From: Clostridia bacterium
GTDB taxonomy: Bacteria; Bacillota; Clostridia; Oscillospirales; CAG-272
Direction: 5' to 3'
Length of the DNA: 64,000 nucleotides
Assembly: GCA_017451735.1 (NCBI GenBank)
Contig: JAFTNU010000040.1
Location: forward strand, 22,101-86,100
The first letter of the stretch is position 1; the number at the start of each line of letters is the position of its first letter. Under the pieces are notes generated by a model, which saw only the letters and a program-made list of their open reading frames with translations, searched no databases and had not been told where the DNA came from. The translations under genes were made by a program, and so were the position numbers. Positions 1-10,041 of the stretch are shown here, in pieces.

Positions 1-1
1 C

Positions 2-250
2 AAATATATCGGCGGTGCGGAAAAGAGCATTGAGCGGCGGCGGGTCATTTTAGACACCTACAACTATGCCATCGATCAAGGGGACAGAAGCATCTACTTC
101 ATTGACGGCGAGCGACTGCATACCGGCACCTATGCCGACTGCTGTACGGTAGATGGCGGACACCCGAATGACCTTGGCTTTATGATGATGGCCGAGCAGA
201 TCGGCGGCGTATTACGCCGCATTCTGCGGGAAGGCAAGCTACAGAAATAA
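2..250 (+). CDS. SGNH/GDSL hydrolase, C-terminal fragment (runs off window start); tandem paralog of next gene
   Basis: Frame 2 reads ...YFIDGERLHTGTYADCCTVDGGHPNDLGFMMM...ILREGKLQK*, collinear with the C-terminus of 263..1354 (DxxH catalytic motif). Confidence 0.85.
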   Translation, partial: KYIGGAEKSIERRRVILDTYNYAIDQGDRSIYFIDGERLHTGTYADCCTVDGGHPNDLGFMMMAEQIGGVLRRILREGKLQK

Positions 251-262
251 GGAGAACCTACC

Positions 263-1354
263 ATGGCCACGTTTGATATTTCATCGTTAGATCAGAATCT
301 GGCGGTCGCCGCCAAGGTGAAGGCTCCCGATTTGGAATTGCACGATGTGCGCAAGCCCCCCTTTCAGATCTACGGTCTGTACAATCCCTTGACCGAGCCT
401 GTTTTCAAGCGCATGCCCACCGAGGTGGCGGCAACCGTGAGTGCGGGTGTAAAGGCCCTCCATCTGCACACGGCAGGCGGCCGCGTACGCTTCTCCACCG
501 ACTCCCCTTATATCGTGATCAAGGCAATCATGTCCGGTGTTTCGCGTATGTCTCATATCCCTCTTTCGGGCTCTTCGGGCTTTGATTTGTGCCTGGACTC
601 CCCCGACGGCCGCGAGAGCCGTTATCATCGCACCTTCATTCCACCCGTTGACATGAAGGAGGGCTATGAGTCCAAGATACCTCTGCCGGGCAAGGGGCTC
701 CGCTATGTCACCATCAATTTTCCTCTTTACAATGTGGTAGACGCCCTTTATGTGGGTGTAGCAAAGGGCTCGACCCTGGGTGCGGGGGCTCCCTACCGAA
801 ACGACAAGCCCGTGATATATTACGGCTCCTCCATCACCCAGGGCGGATGCGCGTCAAGACCCGGTAACGCCTATCAGGCTATGGTCAGCCGTGCGCTGAA
901 CCTGGATTTTGTCAATCTCGGCTTTTCGGGCAACGGCAAGGCTGAGGACACCATGCTCGACTATATGGCAGGGCTTGAGATGTGCATGTTCGTATCGGAT
1001 TACGACCACAACGCCCCCGACGCCGAGCATCTGCGCAACACCCATCAAAAGCTGTATGATGCCATTCGGGAAAAGCATCCCGATATTCCCTACATCATGC
1101 TTTCCCGCCCCGATTTTCTTGCATCCGCGCACGGCGCCGAGCGGCGTCTGGTCATTCAGAACACCTATCACCATGCCCTTGATAAAGGCGACCGTAATGT
1201 CTATTACATCGACGGGGAAAGCCTGTTCCGGGGCCAGTTTGAGGACTGCTGTACGGTAGACGGCACCCACCCCAACGATCTCGGATTTTCTATGATGGCA
1301 AGCGCGCTGACCTGTGTCATGCGCCGTATCCTGCAAGAAGGAAAAGCAAAATAA
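263..1354 (+). CDS. SGNH/GDSL-family hydrolase (esterase) with N-terminal GxDL-type domain
   Basis: Motifs YYGSSITQG, NLGFSGNG, DGTHPNDLG; RBS AAGGAG upstream. Confidence 0.85.
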   Translation: MATFDISSLDQNLAVAAKVKAPDLELHDVRKPPFQIYGLYNPLTEPVFKRMPTEVAATVSAGVKALHLHTAGGRVRFSTDSPYIVIKAIMSGVSRMSHIPLSGSSGFDLCLDSPDGRESRYHRTFIPPVDMKEGYESKIPLPGKGLRYVTINFPLYNVVDALYVGVAKGSTLGAGAPYRNDKPVIYYGSSITQGGCASRPGNAYQAMVSRALNLDFVNLGFSGNGKAEDTMLDYMAGLEMCMFVSDYDHNAPDAEHLRNTHQKLYDAIREKHPDIPYIMLSRPDFLASAHGAERRLVIQNTYHHALDKGDRNVYYIDGESLFRGQFEDCCTVDGTHPNDLGFSMMASALTCVMRRILQEGKAK

Positions 1355-1357
1355 AGG

Positions 1358-1389
1358 AGAGAGCCCCGGGCCGTGGCCCGGGGCTCTCT
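1358..1389. terminator. GC-rich hairpin between convergent genes
   Basis: agagagccccgggcc-gt-ggcccggggctctct perfect inverted repeat. Confidence 0.7.
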
Positions 1390-1393
1390 TAGC

Positions 1394-1900
1394 TTATTCG
1401 GCTTCACCGATGCAATCGGTGATATAGCGGTCCACATCCTCCTCGGACATACCGAGTACATGAGCACACTCACTGCACAGAAGGTGCTTGGCAAGCCGCC
1501 CGTACTCCAGATCGGTCACGGGAAAATGCTTGTGGGCGGCGGTCAGCTCGGCGCGACGACGGCGCACGGTCTTGATGACCTTCACATACCCCTCGGGCTT
1601 CAGCTCCCCGATGACAGTACGGTAGATCTCACGCCGCTGCTTCTCCATAGGCACCGTCAAGGTCTCGATCCCGGGCATGGCAGAGATCAGCGCCTCGATC
1701 TCCTCACGGGTCATGAGACGACGCATGGGCACCCGCTCGTTATCCACGGGCGTATAGATGGTCGAGCTCATGGGATTATTGACGGGAATCAGCAGATAAA
1801 AGGTGCGCGGATCCTCTTTGTCATAGGGAGACGGACCGATCTCCGCCACACGGCAGATACCGTTGATCCCGTAAACGATGTGTTCTCCGATCTGAAACAT
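1394..1900 (-). CDS. CarD/CdnL-family transcriptional regulator
   Basis: MFQIGEHIVYGINGICRV N-terminal CarD/TRCF-RID pattern; 168 aa. Confidence 0.85.
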   Translation of the reverse strand: MFQIGEHIVYGINGICRVAEIGPSPYDKEDPRTFYLLIPVNNPMSSTIYTPVDNERVPMRRLMTREEIEALISAMPGIETLTVPMEKQRREIYRTVIGELKPEGYVKVIKTVRRRRAELTAAHKHFPVTDLEYGRLAKHLLCSECAHVLGMSEEDVDRYITDCIGEAE

Positions 1901-2114
1901 AGCGCATCCCTCCTTGCTGTCTCGTTTGGCTACAAAAATGGCGGGAAGGTGTCGTCACGGTGGCGGCAGCGATCCCGCTGAGATCTCTTACTGTATATAA
2001 TTTTACCACAAAACGAAATTTTATGCAAGAGACATTTTTCATAAAATCAGCAAATTTTCTGTCGGCAAATCCACCAATTTTCCTTTGAGCACCGCGTGAG
2101 ATGAAATTTTCTCT

Positions 2115-3429
2115 TTATTTATAAACGATTCCTCTGCGCTCGGAGAGCTTTTTGATCGTCAGTGCAACGATCAGAACCAGCACCTCAAAAATACCGAAGG
2201 TGTGCCAGACCACCGCCTTACCGAATACCATCGGCACAAAGGTAATCACAAGACTGTTCATCACAAGGCTCCTGACAATATTGAGAGCGATCGCCTGTCC
2301 CGAGCGCTTGGTGGAATAAAAATACGCCGATATCATCGTATTGATGCTACCTACGATAAAGCCCCAGCAGTACTCCCACATATGGTCGGCCGTAAAATCA
2401 ATGGTCACATCATCTGCACCGAAAAGCTTACAGAGTGCATGCGGAAAAATAACATAGATCGCCACACAAAGCGCACTGCCCACAACACTGATGATCTGCC
2501 CCGCACGGTAGTAATGCCTGAGTTTCTCATCCTCTTTTGCACCGTACGCCTGCCCGAACAGGGGTTGCATTCCCTCGGAAGCGCCGAAAAAGACCGACAT
2601 GGTAAAGGAGGACAGATAGGAAATGATCGAAAACGCATTGATCCCGATGTCACCGTAAGTCGACATCAGCGTCCGGTTCATACAAAATGTAGTAACGGGT
2701 GTAGAGAACTGGGCAATGGCCTCAGGCAATCCGCGCAATACGATCTTGCGGTATAGTTTACCCTGCGGCTTGTATTTTTGAATACGAAGCTCCCCTTTTT
2801 TTAATACAAAATGCGTCAGGATCACGCAAAGCCCCACCACCTGAGAAATACCTGTGGCAATGGCTGCCCCCTTCACTCCCATTTGCATCGGAAATACAAA
2901 AAGCCAGTCAAGAAAAATATTAAGCACCGTGATCACTACATTCGTTACCGCCACCAATCCGGGATCTCCGTCGTTGCGGCAAAAGGACTGCAAATTAAGA
3001 GAGACCGAGTTGGCAATGGCAAACAGCGCCCACCAGAACACATAGTCCTTTGCAAGCTCAAAATAATTGCCTGTGGCACCCAGCAAACGGCAAACAGGCG
3101 CTGTCAAGCCGCATCCGATGAGCGTCACCAGACACCCCACCAAAAAATTTACGGTGACCGCATGCATAAAAGCATCTTGCGCGCCCTGCTTATCCCCGCG
3201 CCCAAAGCGGATGGCTGTAATGGTCACACCTCCAATACTTGCCATGGCGTTGAGAGCCTGCACAATCAGCACAAAGGGCAATGCAAGATTGACCGCCCCC
3301 AAAGCCTGCATTCCTGCGCCCTGTCCGACAAAGATCCCGTCAACCACCGAAAACAGGAACACACAGGCATTGGCCAGGATCGCCGGCGCTACGTTTTTAA
3401 AAATAAGCTTTACCTCTTGTATGATTCAT
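2115..3429 (-). pseudogene. MATE-family efflux transporter with apparent frameshift just after the start codon
   Basis: MATE motifs (VDGIFVG, NIFLDWLF, MGVKGAAIAT). The RBS-associated ATG at 3429 is out of frame (MNHTRGKAYF*), while the MATE frame (QEVKLIFKNVAPAILANACVFLFS) is preceded by TGA at 3426-3428. Confidence 0.65.
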
Positions 3430-3513
3430 CTTATCCTCCGTTACTTGTCAAATTCATATTTTCCGATTCTCGGTCGGCAGCAGTGATTTTCATCACTGTA
3501 CCTTGTTCCTCGT

Positions 3514-4860
3514 TTATTTCATCCGGGATCTCATATTTTTTTGCGTCTTACGCAGCATGACAAAGGCAACAATTGCAACAGGAACATAGGATGCAGCTTG
3601 ATTGAGCCATAATCCGTCAAGCCCCATCGGCCACAGCACGGCAACCATCACAAGCGGAAAGACGATGGCCGTCAACAAGGTCAGAGCGGTTGCTTGCCTG
3701 GGCTTTTCGATTGCATTGTAAAAGCTCTGTGCTGCATACCCGAACCACCAAAAGAAAAACTCAAGGCTGAACAGTCGCAAGGCATGTGTTGACAGCTCCA
3801 GCAGAGCTGTGTCGCTACGGTTCACAAATACAGACGCGATCTGTAGTGGGAAGAAGAGCATCAACAGCACCGCAACCAAAGAAACTGCGGCAGTCGCGGC
3901 AAAGACGCATTTTGCAAGGCTCTTGACCCGTTTGTAATTTCCCGCTCCCCAGTTAAAGCCGATAGAAGGCTGCATGGAATCACAAAGACCGTAAAGAAAG
4001 GGTTGCACCAGATCGCTGCAATACATCAGCACCGAGAAGGCGGAGACCGCCAGCGTACCGCCCATACGGATCAGCAATACATTCATCACAAGTGAAAAAA
4101 GCCGACCGGCAATATTGTTTAAAAAGGTGGGTGAGCCGCAAGCAACCGTCTTTTTTAATACGGAAAATTCAAAACGCGGCTTTGTAAATCTGAGCAATGC
4201 CCTGCCCTTGATGAAAGGGATCATTGCGATGAGCGTGCAAATCGCCATACCAAGATTGATGGCCAGGGCTGAGCCTGCAAGCCCCATATCAAGGAACACA
4301 ACAAATACCACCAGCAGGCAGATCTGCAAGGCCGACATGAACAGATTCAATATCATGCTTCCCCGCACAAAGCCGCAAATGCGCAGATAGTTGTCCATGG
4401 CAAACACCAGTGTTGTCAAGGGATTCATCATAGCATTGATACGAAGATAAAGCGTTGCCAGACGTGCGACCTCATCCTCCGCTCCCATCAGGCGGATCAG
4501 CGTGGGTGCAAGGGTGAACATGAGAACACCCGTTACAATAGCAGTGAGAAAGATCAGGAGCACGGAGCAGGTGAATATGTTATTGGCATACTGCTTATCC
4601 TGTCTGCCGTGGGCAATAGATATAGGAACGGAGGAGCCCACACCAATCATATCCGACAACGCAAAGGTGATAAACACAAACGGCATGGCAAGGTTCATGG
4701 CGGCAAACGCATCTCCGCCAATGAACTGACCGACAAAAATACCTTCCACAATGTTATAAACAGACATGGCAAACATACCGATCACACCCGGGACGGCGGC
4801 GGTAAAAAACAATTTAACGGGCGGTGTTTGCGCATACAACAGATCCGTGTCTTTCGTCAT
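3514..4860 (-). CDS. MATE-family efflux transporter
   Basis: YNIVEGIFVGQFIG, MGLAGSALA motifs, multi-TM; AAAGGAG RBS before ATG 4860. Confidence 0.9.
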   Translation of the reverse strand: MTKDTDLLYAQTPPVKLFFTAAVPGVIGMFAMSVYNIVEGIFVGQFIGGDAFAAMNLAMPFVFITFALSDMIGVGSSVPISIAHGRQDKQYANNIFTCSVLLIFLTAIVTGVLMFTLAPTLIRLMGAEDEVARLATLYLRINAMMNPLTTLVFAMDNYLRICGFVRGSMILNLFMSALQICLLVVFVVFLDMGLAGSALAINLGMAICTLIAMIPFIKGRALLRFTKPRFEFSVLKKTVACGSPTFLNNIAGRLFSLVMNVLLIRMGGTLAVSAFSVLMYCSDLVQPFLYGLCDSMQPSIGFNWGAGNYKRVKSLAKCVFAATAAVSLVAVLLMLFFPLQIASVFVNRSDTALLELSTHALRLFSLEFFFWWFGYAAQSFYNAIEKPRQATALTLLTAIVFPLVMVAVLWPMGLDGLWLNQAASYVPVAIVAFVMLRKTQKNMRSRMK

Positions 4861-4883
4861 GGCTATAGCACTCCTTTCGGCAC

Positions 4884-4939
4884 AAAAAAAGCACTCGGTC
4901 ATGATCCAAAAAGAAAATCTTTTTGAATCAACCGAGCGC
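4884..4939 (-). terminator. Intrinsic terminator in the 5' leader of the MATE operon (attenuator)
   Basis: Minus strand gcgctcggttgattcaaaaag...ctttttggatcatgaccgagtgc followed by T7, just upstream of the RBS. Confidence 0.7.
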
Positions 4940-5050
4940 ACTCGACATCTTCTTCTCGACCGTGAAACGCGAAACGCGTTTCGTGCATTGCGATGCACAG
5001 TCCTCCGATGAAAGATCCTATGAAATTTTAATTGATCTGCACAGTGGCAT

Positions 5051-5079
5051 ATTATACGCTCCATTCCATCAAATGTCAA
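5051..5079 (-). promoter_or_regulatory. SigA promoter of MATE operon
   Basis: TTGACA-17 nt-TATAAT on the minus strand. Confidence 0.8.
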
Positions 5080-5181
5080 TAGGTTTTTGAAAATTTTTCA
5101 ATCAAAGAGATCCGGCTACTCAAAGCATCCGACACATGAAAAAGGCGGAAGCACTTCCGCCTTTTTACCGTTTTTAACGAT

Positions 5182-6192
5182 TCAATCCTCGTAGCCGTTG
5201 GGATTGTGCGACTGCCAGTTCCAGGAGTCGCGCACCATATCCTCCAATCCGTACTCGGCATGCCAGCCCAGCTCCTTTTCTGCCTTTTCGGAGTTGGCAT
5301 AGCAGGTGGCAATATCGCCGGGGCGACGCTCCACAATACGGTAGGGCACGGGAACATGATTGACGGTGCTGAAGGCCTTGACCATATCCAGCACGCTATA
5401 GCCCACACCGGTACCCAGATTGAAGATGCCCACACCGTTTTTGTCATAGTTCAATGCCGCCACATGACCGCGGGCCAGATCCACCACGTGGATGTAATCG
5501 CGCACACCGGTACCGTCGGGGGTGGGGTAGTCGTTACCGTAAACCGAAAGCTCGGCACGCTTACCCACGGCCACCTGGGTAATGTAAGGCATCAGGTTGT
5601 TGGGAATGCCGCGGGGGCTCTCACCGATGCGGCCGCTTTTATGTGCGCCAACGGGGTTGAAATAACGGAGCAGGATCACCTGCATCTCGGGGTTGGCATG
5701 GCTGTAATCCTTGAGGATCTGCTCGATCATGAACTTGGTCCAGCCGTAAGGATTGGAGCAATCGCCGGTATGCATATCCTCGGTAATGGGGCACTTTTCG
5801 GGTGTACCGTAAACGGTGGCGGAGGAGCTGAAGATCAGCTTACGCACATCGGCCTTCTTCATGGCGCGCAGAAGTGCCAGGGTAGAGTCGATGTTGTTGG
5901 CATAGTACTCCAAGGGCATCCGTACCGACTCGCCCACGGCCTTCAGACCCGCAAAATGCACCACCGCATCGATCTTGTGCTCGGCAAAAATGCGATCCAA
6001 TGCCGCCTCGTCGGCCACATCGGCATTGTACACGGGAGTTTTCTTTCCCGTGATCTCCTCTACACGCTCCATCACGCGGGGGGAGCTGTTGACAAAATTA
6101 TCCACTACCACAACATCACGGCCTGCCGCGTACATCTCCACAATGGTATGGCTGCCGATGTAACCGGCACCACCTGTCAATAAGACCTTCAT
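5182..6192 (-). CDS. galE: UDP-glucose 4-epimerase
   Basis: MKVLLTGGAGYIGSHT, HFAGLKAVGES, FSSSATVYG, YGWTK, LRYFNPVGAH. Confidence 0.97.
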   Translation of the reverse strand: MKVLLTGGAGYIGSHTIVEMYAAGRDVVVVDNFVNSSPRVMERVEEITGKKTPVYNADVADEAALDRIFAEHKIDAVVHFAGLKAVGESVRMPLEYYANNIDSTLALLRAMKKADVRKLIFSSSATVYGTPEKCPITEDMHTGDCSNPYGWTKFMIEQILKDYSHANPEMQVILLRYFNPVGAHKSGRIGESPRGIPNNLMPYITQVAVGKRAELSVYGNDYPTPDGTGVRDYIHVVDLARGHVAALNYDKNGVGIFNLGTGVGYSVLDMVKAFSTVNHVPVPYRIVERRPGDIATCYANSEKAEKELGWHAEYGLEDMVRDSWNWQSHNPNGYED

Positions 6193-6331
6193 ATCCTGTC
6201 CTCTCTCACTCACATCCCCCATGGGTGGACGTGTAAATTTTATACCTTAAGTATAGCTTGTTTTTGCTCGTCTGTCAACGGTATTTGCGAAGAAATTAAC
6301 AAAGTTTTTGCAACAATTTTCGGGGTCTGCA

Positions 6332-7000
6332 TCATCGACGCGGTACGATCTCATTGCGGCTTTTATAAATGACCCCCGGGGCTATCACCCCCCGCACCGA
6401 GGAAAGGGGATAGACCGTACTTCCCTGCCCCAGCACGCATCCGGGATTGAGCACGCTGCCGCATCCCACCTCGGCGCGGTCACCGATAAAAGCGCCCACT
6501 TTTTTGCGCCCCGTTTCTATTTTTTGCTCACCGCAACGGATCACCACAGGGCTTTTGTCGCTTTTGACATTGGAGGTCACCGCCCCGGCACCCAGATGGG
6601 CCTTGTACCCGAGGATCGAATCCCCCACATAATTGAAGTGCGGCACCTGTACCTCATCGAACAAGATCACATTTTTCAGCTCGGTGGAATTTCCGACCAC
6701 CGCCCCGCACCCGATCAACGCCTTCCCGCGAATAAAAGCACAATGGCGCACCTCGGCATTTTCACCGATGATGCAAGGGCCTGTGATCGACGCGGTCGGC
6801 GCCACCCGGGCGTTTTTTGCGATCCAGATCCCCTCGGCGGGGTGATCATAAAACTCGGCGGACAAGTCTCCTCCAACGGCGAGGATCCATGCCCCGATAT
6901 GCTCCAAGACCTCCCACGGATACAGGCATTTCCTCAAAAAATCCCCCGCAACGGTATGAGACAGATCAAACAGATCGGCAATCTTCCATTCATATTTCAT
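6332..7000 (-). CDS. Hexapeptide-repeat acetyltransferase (stand-alone GlmU C-terminal-like)
   Basis: Left-handed beta-helix repeats, VPHFNYVGDSILG motif; overlaps glmM stop. Confidence 0.75.
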   Translation of the reverse strand: MKYEWKIADLFDLSHTVAGDFLRKCLYPWEVLEHIGAWILAVGGDLSAEFYDHPAEGIWIAKNARVAPTASITGPCIIGENAEVRHCAFIRGKALIGCGAVVGNSTELKNVILFDEVQVPHFNYVGDSILGYKAHLGAGAVTSNVKSDKSPVVIRCGEQKIETGRKKVGAFIGDRAEVGCGSVLNPGCVLGQGSTVYPLSSVRGVIAPGVIYKSRNEIVPRR

Positions 7001-8337
7001 AGCAGGAATCCTCTCTTTTTTACGGTCTCGGTCACAAGATCCGCATATTTGGTGCAGAGTTCCTCGTCCTGCGCTTCCGCCATGACCCGCACCACAGGCT
7101 CGGTTCCGCTGGCGCGCACCAGCATCCTTCCCCGCGTCCCCAGTTCCGCCTCCGCTCGTTTCACGGCGGACAGCACCTCCTTATCTGCCATAACGGCTTT
7201 TTTATCGGTCACGGGCAAATTTTTTAACACCTGGGGATAGGGGACATACCCCTCGATCAGATCAGCCAGAGAACACTCTGCGGTGCAGATCTGCTCCATA
7301 AGGCAGATGGCGGTTATGATGCCGTCCCCCGTATTGGCAAATTTACTGAAAATAATATGTCCCGACTGCTCACCCCCGAGGCAATACCCCTTTTTTGACA
7401 TCCGCTCATAGACATATTTGTCACCGACGGCAGTCTGCTCACAGGCAATACCGTAACGCTCAAGGGCTTTGTACAAGCCGAAATTGGACATGACCGTGGT
7501 AACCACCGTATCATGATCCAGGGCTCCCTTTGCCTTCATGCTACGTGCCATCACATAAAGAATGGCGTCACCGTCCACCACGCGTCCCTGCGGATCTACG
7601 GCAATACAGCGATCGGCATCCCCATCAAAGGCAAAGCCCACGTCAAGCCCCTGCTCCACCACCAGCCTTTGCAGTGCTTCCATATGGGTAGAGCCACATC
7701 CCCGATTGATATTACATCCGTCCGGCCGATTGTGGATGGCATAGGTGGTGGCACCGAGGGCATCAAACACGCTCTTGGCCATGCTCCAGGCACTGCCGTT
7801 TGCCAGATCCAGGCCTACCTTCATCCCCCGATAGGAAACGGTCGCCAGAGAGATCAGATAACCGATATAGCGATTTCTGCCCGCCACATAATCTACCGCC
7901 ACACCGATCCGTTCCCCTGTAGCAAAGGGAAGCTCTTCGCCGCCGTCCAGATAGGCCTCCAGGCCGGCAATGACGTCATCCTCCATCTTCTCTCCGCCTC
8001 TGCCGAACAGCTTGATGCCGTTATCAAAGTACGGGTTATGACTGGCGGAGATCATAATACCGCAATCAAACCCTTCCGTACGGGTCACAAATGACACGCA
8101 GGGCGTCGTAGTCACGTGCAGAATATGTGCATCTGCCCCCGAAGCGGTCAACCCCGCCACCAGGGCATACTCCAGTGTATAAGAGGAGCGGCGCGTATCC
8201 TTGCCGATCACCACACGCGCGCCGCGCGTGCCACCGAACCGTGCCCCAAGATAGCGACCGATGGCAAAGGCGTGATCGGTGGTCAGAACGCGACCCACCT
8301 CTCCCCGAAACCCGTCGGTGCCGAAATATTTTCCCAT
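6997..8337 (-). CDS. glmM: Phosphoglucosamine mutase
   Basis: MGKYFGTDG, ISASHNP, FDGDADR, GGEQSGH, RASGTEP. Confidence 0.97.
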   Translation of the reverse strand: MGKYFGTDGFRGEVGRVLTTDHAFAIGRYLGARFGGTRGARVVIGKDTRRSSYTLEYALVAGLTASGADAHILHVTTTPCVSFVTRTEGFDCGIMISASHNPYFDNGIKLFGRGGEKMEDDVIAGLEAYLDGGEELPFATGERIGVAVDYVAGRNRYIGYLISLATVSYRGMKVGLDLANGSAWSMAKSVFDALGATTYAIHNRPDGCNINRGCGSTHMEALQRLVVEQGLDVGFAFDGDADRCIAVDPQGRVVDGDAILYVMARSMKAKGALDHDTVVTTVMSNFGLYKALERYGIACEQTAVGDKYVYERMSKKGYCLGGEQSGHIIFSKFANTGDGIITAICLMEQICTAECSLADLIEGYVPYPQVLKNLPVTDKKAVMADKEVLSAVKRAEAELGTRGRMLVRASGTEPVVRVMAEAQDEELCTKYADLVTETVKKRGFLL

Positions 8338-8407
8338 AGGTGCACCTCCTTACCGAAAACTATTATTCAGTATATGGTGCGCCGCTTTTTTTGTTAACAG
8401 ATACAGA

Positions 8408-8454
8408 AAAAAGAGGCAACGGGTGCGAAAAAATCGCACCCGTTGCCTCTTTTT
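8408..8454. terminator. Intrinsic terminator after amino-acid ABC operon
   Basis: aaaaagaggcaacgggtgcga...tcgcacccgttgcctcttttt. Confidence 0.8.
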
Positions 8455-8456
8455 GA

Positions 8457-9266
8457 TCAAAGCACCTTGGCAAGAAAGGCTTTGAGACGCTCGCTCTTGG
8501 GATTTCCGAACACCTCTTCGGGCGTTCCCTGCTCGGCAATGACGCCTCCGTCCATAAACAGGACTCGGTCTGCCACCTCACGGGCAAAGCCCATCTCATG
8601 GGTCACGATGACCATGGTCATCCCCTCGTTTGCCAGCTGCTTCATCAGATCAAGCACCTCGCCGACCATTTCGGGGTCAAGGGCCGAGGTAGGTTCGTCA
8701 AAAAGCATGACCTTGGGGTTCATGGCAAGAGCGCGTACAATAGCAATACGCTGCTTCTGACCACCCGACAGAGTGGAGGGATACACATTGGCCTTATCTT
8801 CAAGACCGATACGCGCCAGAAGCTTCATGGCCTTCCCATTTTCCTCCTCCAGGATCTGCTCCTTGGTAAGCGTGGGCTTTTCCCCTTTGCGGAAAAAGTG
8901 TCTGATCTTTTCCTGACGCAGCTTGCGCTTGCGCAACATCACAGGCGCCAGCGTAATATTTTGCAGCACGGTTTTGTTATTGAACAGATTGAACTGCTGA
9001 AACACCATCCCCATTTTCTGGCGGTGCACATTGATATCTACCTTGGGATCGGCAATATTCTCATCCTCAAAAATCACGGCACCGCCGGTAGGATCCTCCA
9101 GGCAGTTCAGGCATCGCAAAAGCGTACTTTTACCCGATCCGGAAGCTCCCACAATGACGACCTTCTCGCCCTGCATGATGTCTACCGAGACCGACTTCAG
9201 CACTTCAAGGCTGCCAAAGCTTTTTGACAATTCCTTGACCTCGATCAAGGGCTTCTTATTTTCCAT
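8457..9266 (-). CDS. Polar amino-acid ABC transporter ATP-binding protein (GlnQ-like)
   Basis: [30 protein letters not shown]. Confidence 0.95.
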   Translation of the reverse strand: MENKKPLIEVKELSKSFGSLEVLKSVSVDIMQGEKVVIVGASGSGKSTLLRCLNCLEDPTGGAVIFEDENIADPKVDINVHRQKMGMVFQQFNLFNNKTVLQNITLAPVMLRKRKLRQEKIRHFFRKGEKPTLTKEQILEEENGKAMKLLARIGLEDKANVYPSTLSGGQKQRIAIVRALAMNPKVMLFDEPTSALDPEMVGEVLDLMKQLANEGMTMVIVTHEMGFAREVADRVLFMDGGVIAEQGTPEEVFGNPKSERLKAFLAKVL

Positions 9267-9969
9267 TTGTCACACCTCCCCCGTTACGGTCACTCTTTGC
9301 CAAGCGCTTTTCGATCATGTGCAGCACCTTGGTCAACGCCAGCACAACGATCAGGTAAAGCACCGCCGCAATCAGAAGCGGGAACAGATAGTCAAAGGTA
9401 CGGGACTGGATCAAACCGGGGATCTTACCCAGATCATAGATTCCCACATAGCCCACAATCGCGGTCTCCTTGACCAGCATGATGAATTCATTGAACAGAG
9501 GGGGCAGGCAGTTGCGGACCGCCTGGGGAATGATGACAGAACGCATGGTCTGCCAGGTGGAAAGGCCAAGCGATCTGCCCGCCTCCATCTGACCGTCATC
9601 CACGCTCTCAAAGCCCGAGCGAGCGATCTCGGCCACATAGGCACCCGAGTTCATACCAAAGGTGATGGCGCCGATCATGATGCCGTTATCCCAGAAGGCA
9701 AAAACCACGAAATACAGGATCATCAACTGCAAAACCACGGGAGTGCCGCGCACAATGGTAATATAAAAATTACAGATCTTGGCAAGAACCTTCAGCTTTC
9801 CGGTTTTCTTATTGATATACTTGATCATGGCCATACACACGCCGATGGCAATGCCGATCGCCGCGGCGATCAGTGCGATCAGCAGGGTGTTGCCCAGACC
9901 CTCCAGATACATTTTCCAACGATCCTGCACAATGAAGGCCTTGGAAAACCGTGTCCACAATTCTTTCAT
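9256..9969 (-). CDS. Polar amino-acid ABC transporter permease
   Basis: [29 protein letters not shown] (EAA motif). Confidence 0.93.
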   Translation of the reverse strand: MKELWTRFSKAFIVQDRWKMYLEGLGNTLLIALIAAAIGIAIGVCMAMIKYINKKTGKLKVLAKICNFYITIVRGTPVVLQLMILYFVVFAFWDNGIMIGAITFGMNSGAYVAEIARSGFESVDDGQMEAGRSLGLSTWQTMRSVIIPQAVRNCLPPLFNEFIMLVKETAIVGYVGIYDLGKIPGLIQSRTFDYLFPLLIAAVLYLIVVLALTKVLHMIEKRLAKSDRNGGGVTNGK

Positions 9970-10041
9970 ATTTCCCCTTCTCATTCGGAAGGGTGAACGA
10001 GCACATGCCCCTTCACCCTTCGTCAATATGTTATTTGAAAA

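Noticed and set aside
4861-5079. 73-aa N-terminal extension of the MATE ORF (start 5079)
   Set aside because: The TTG start is the -35 box; the region holds the promoter, leader and terminator, and the RBS precedes ATG 4860
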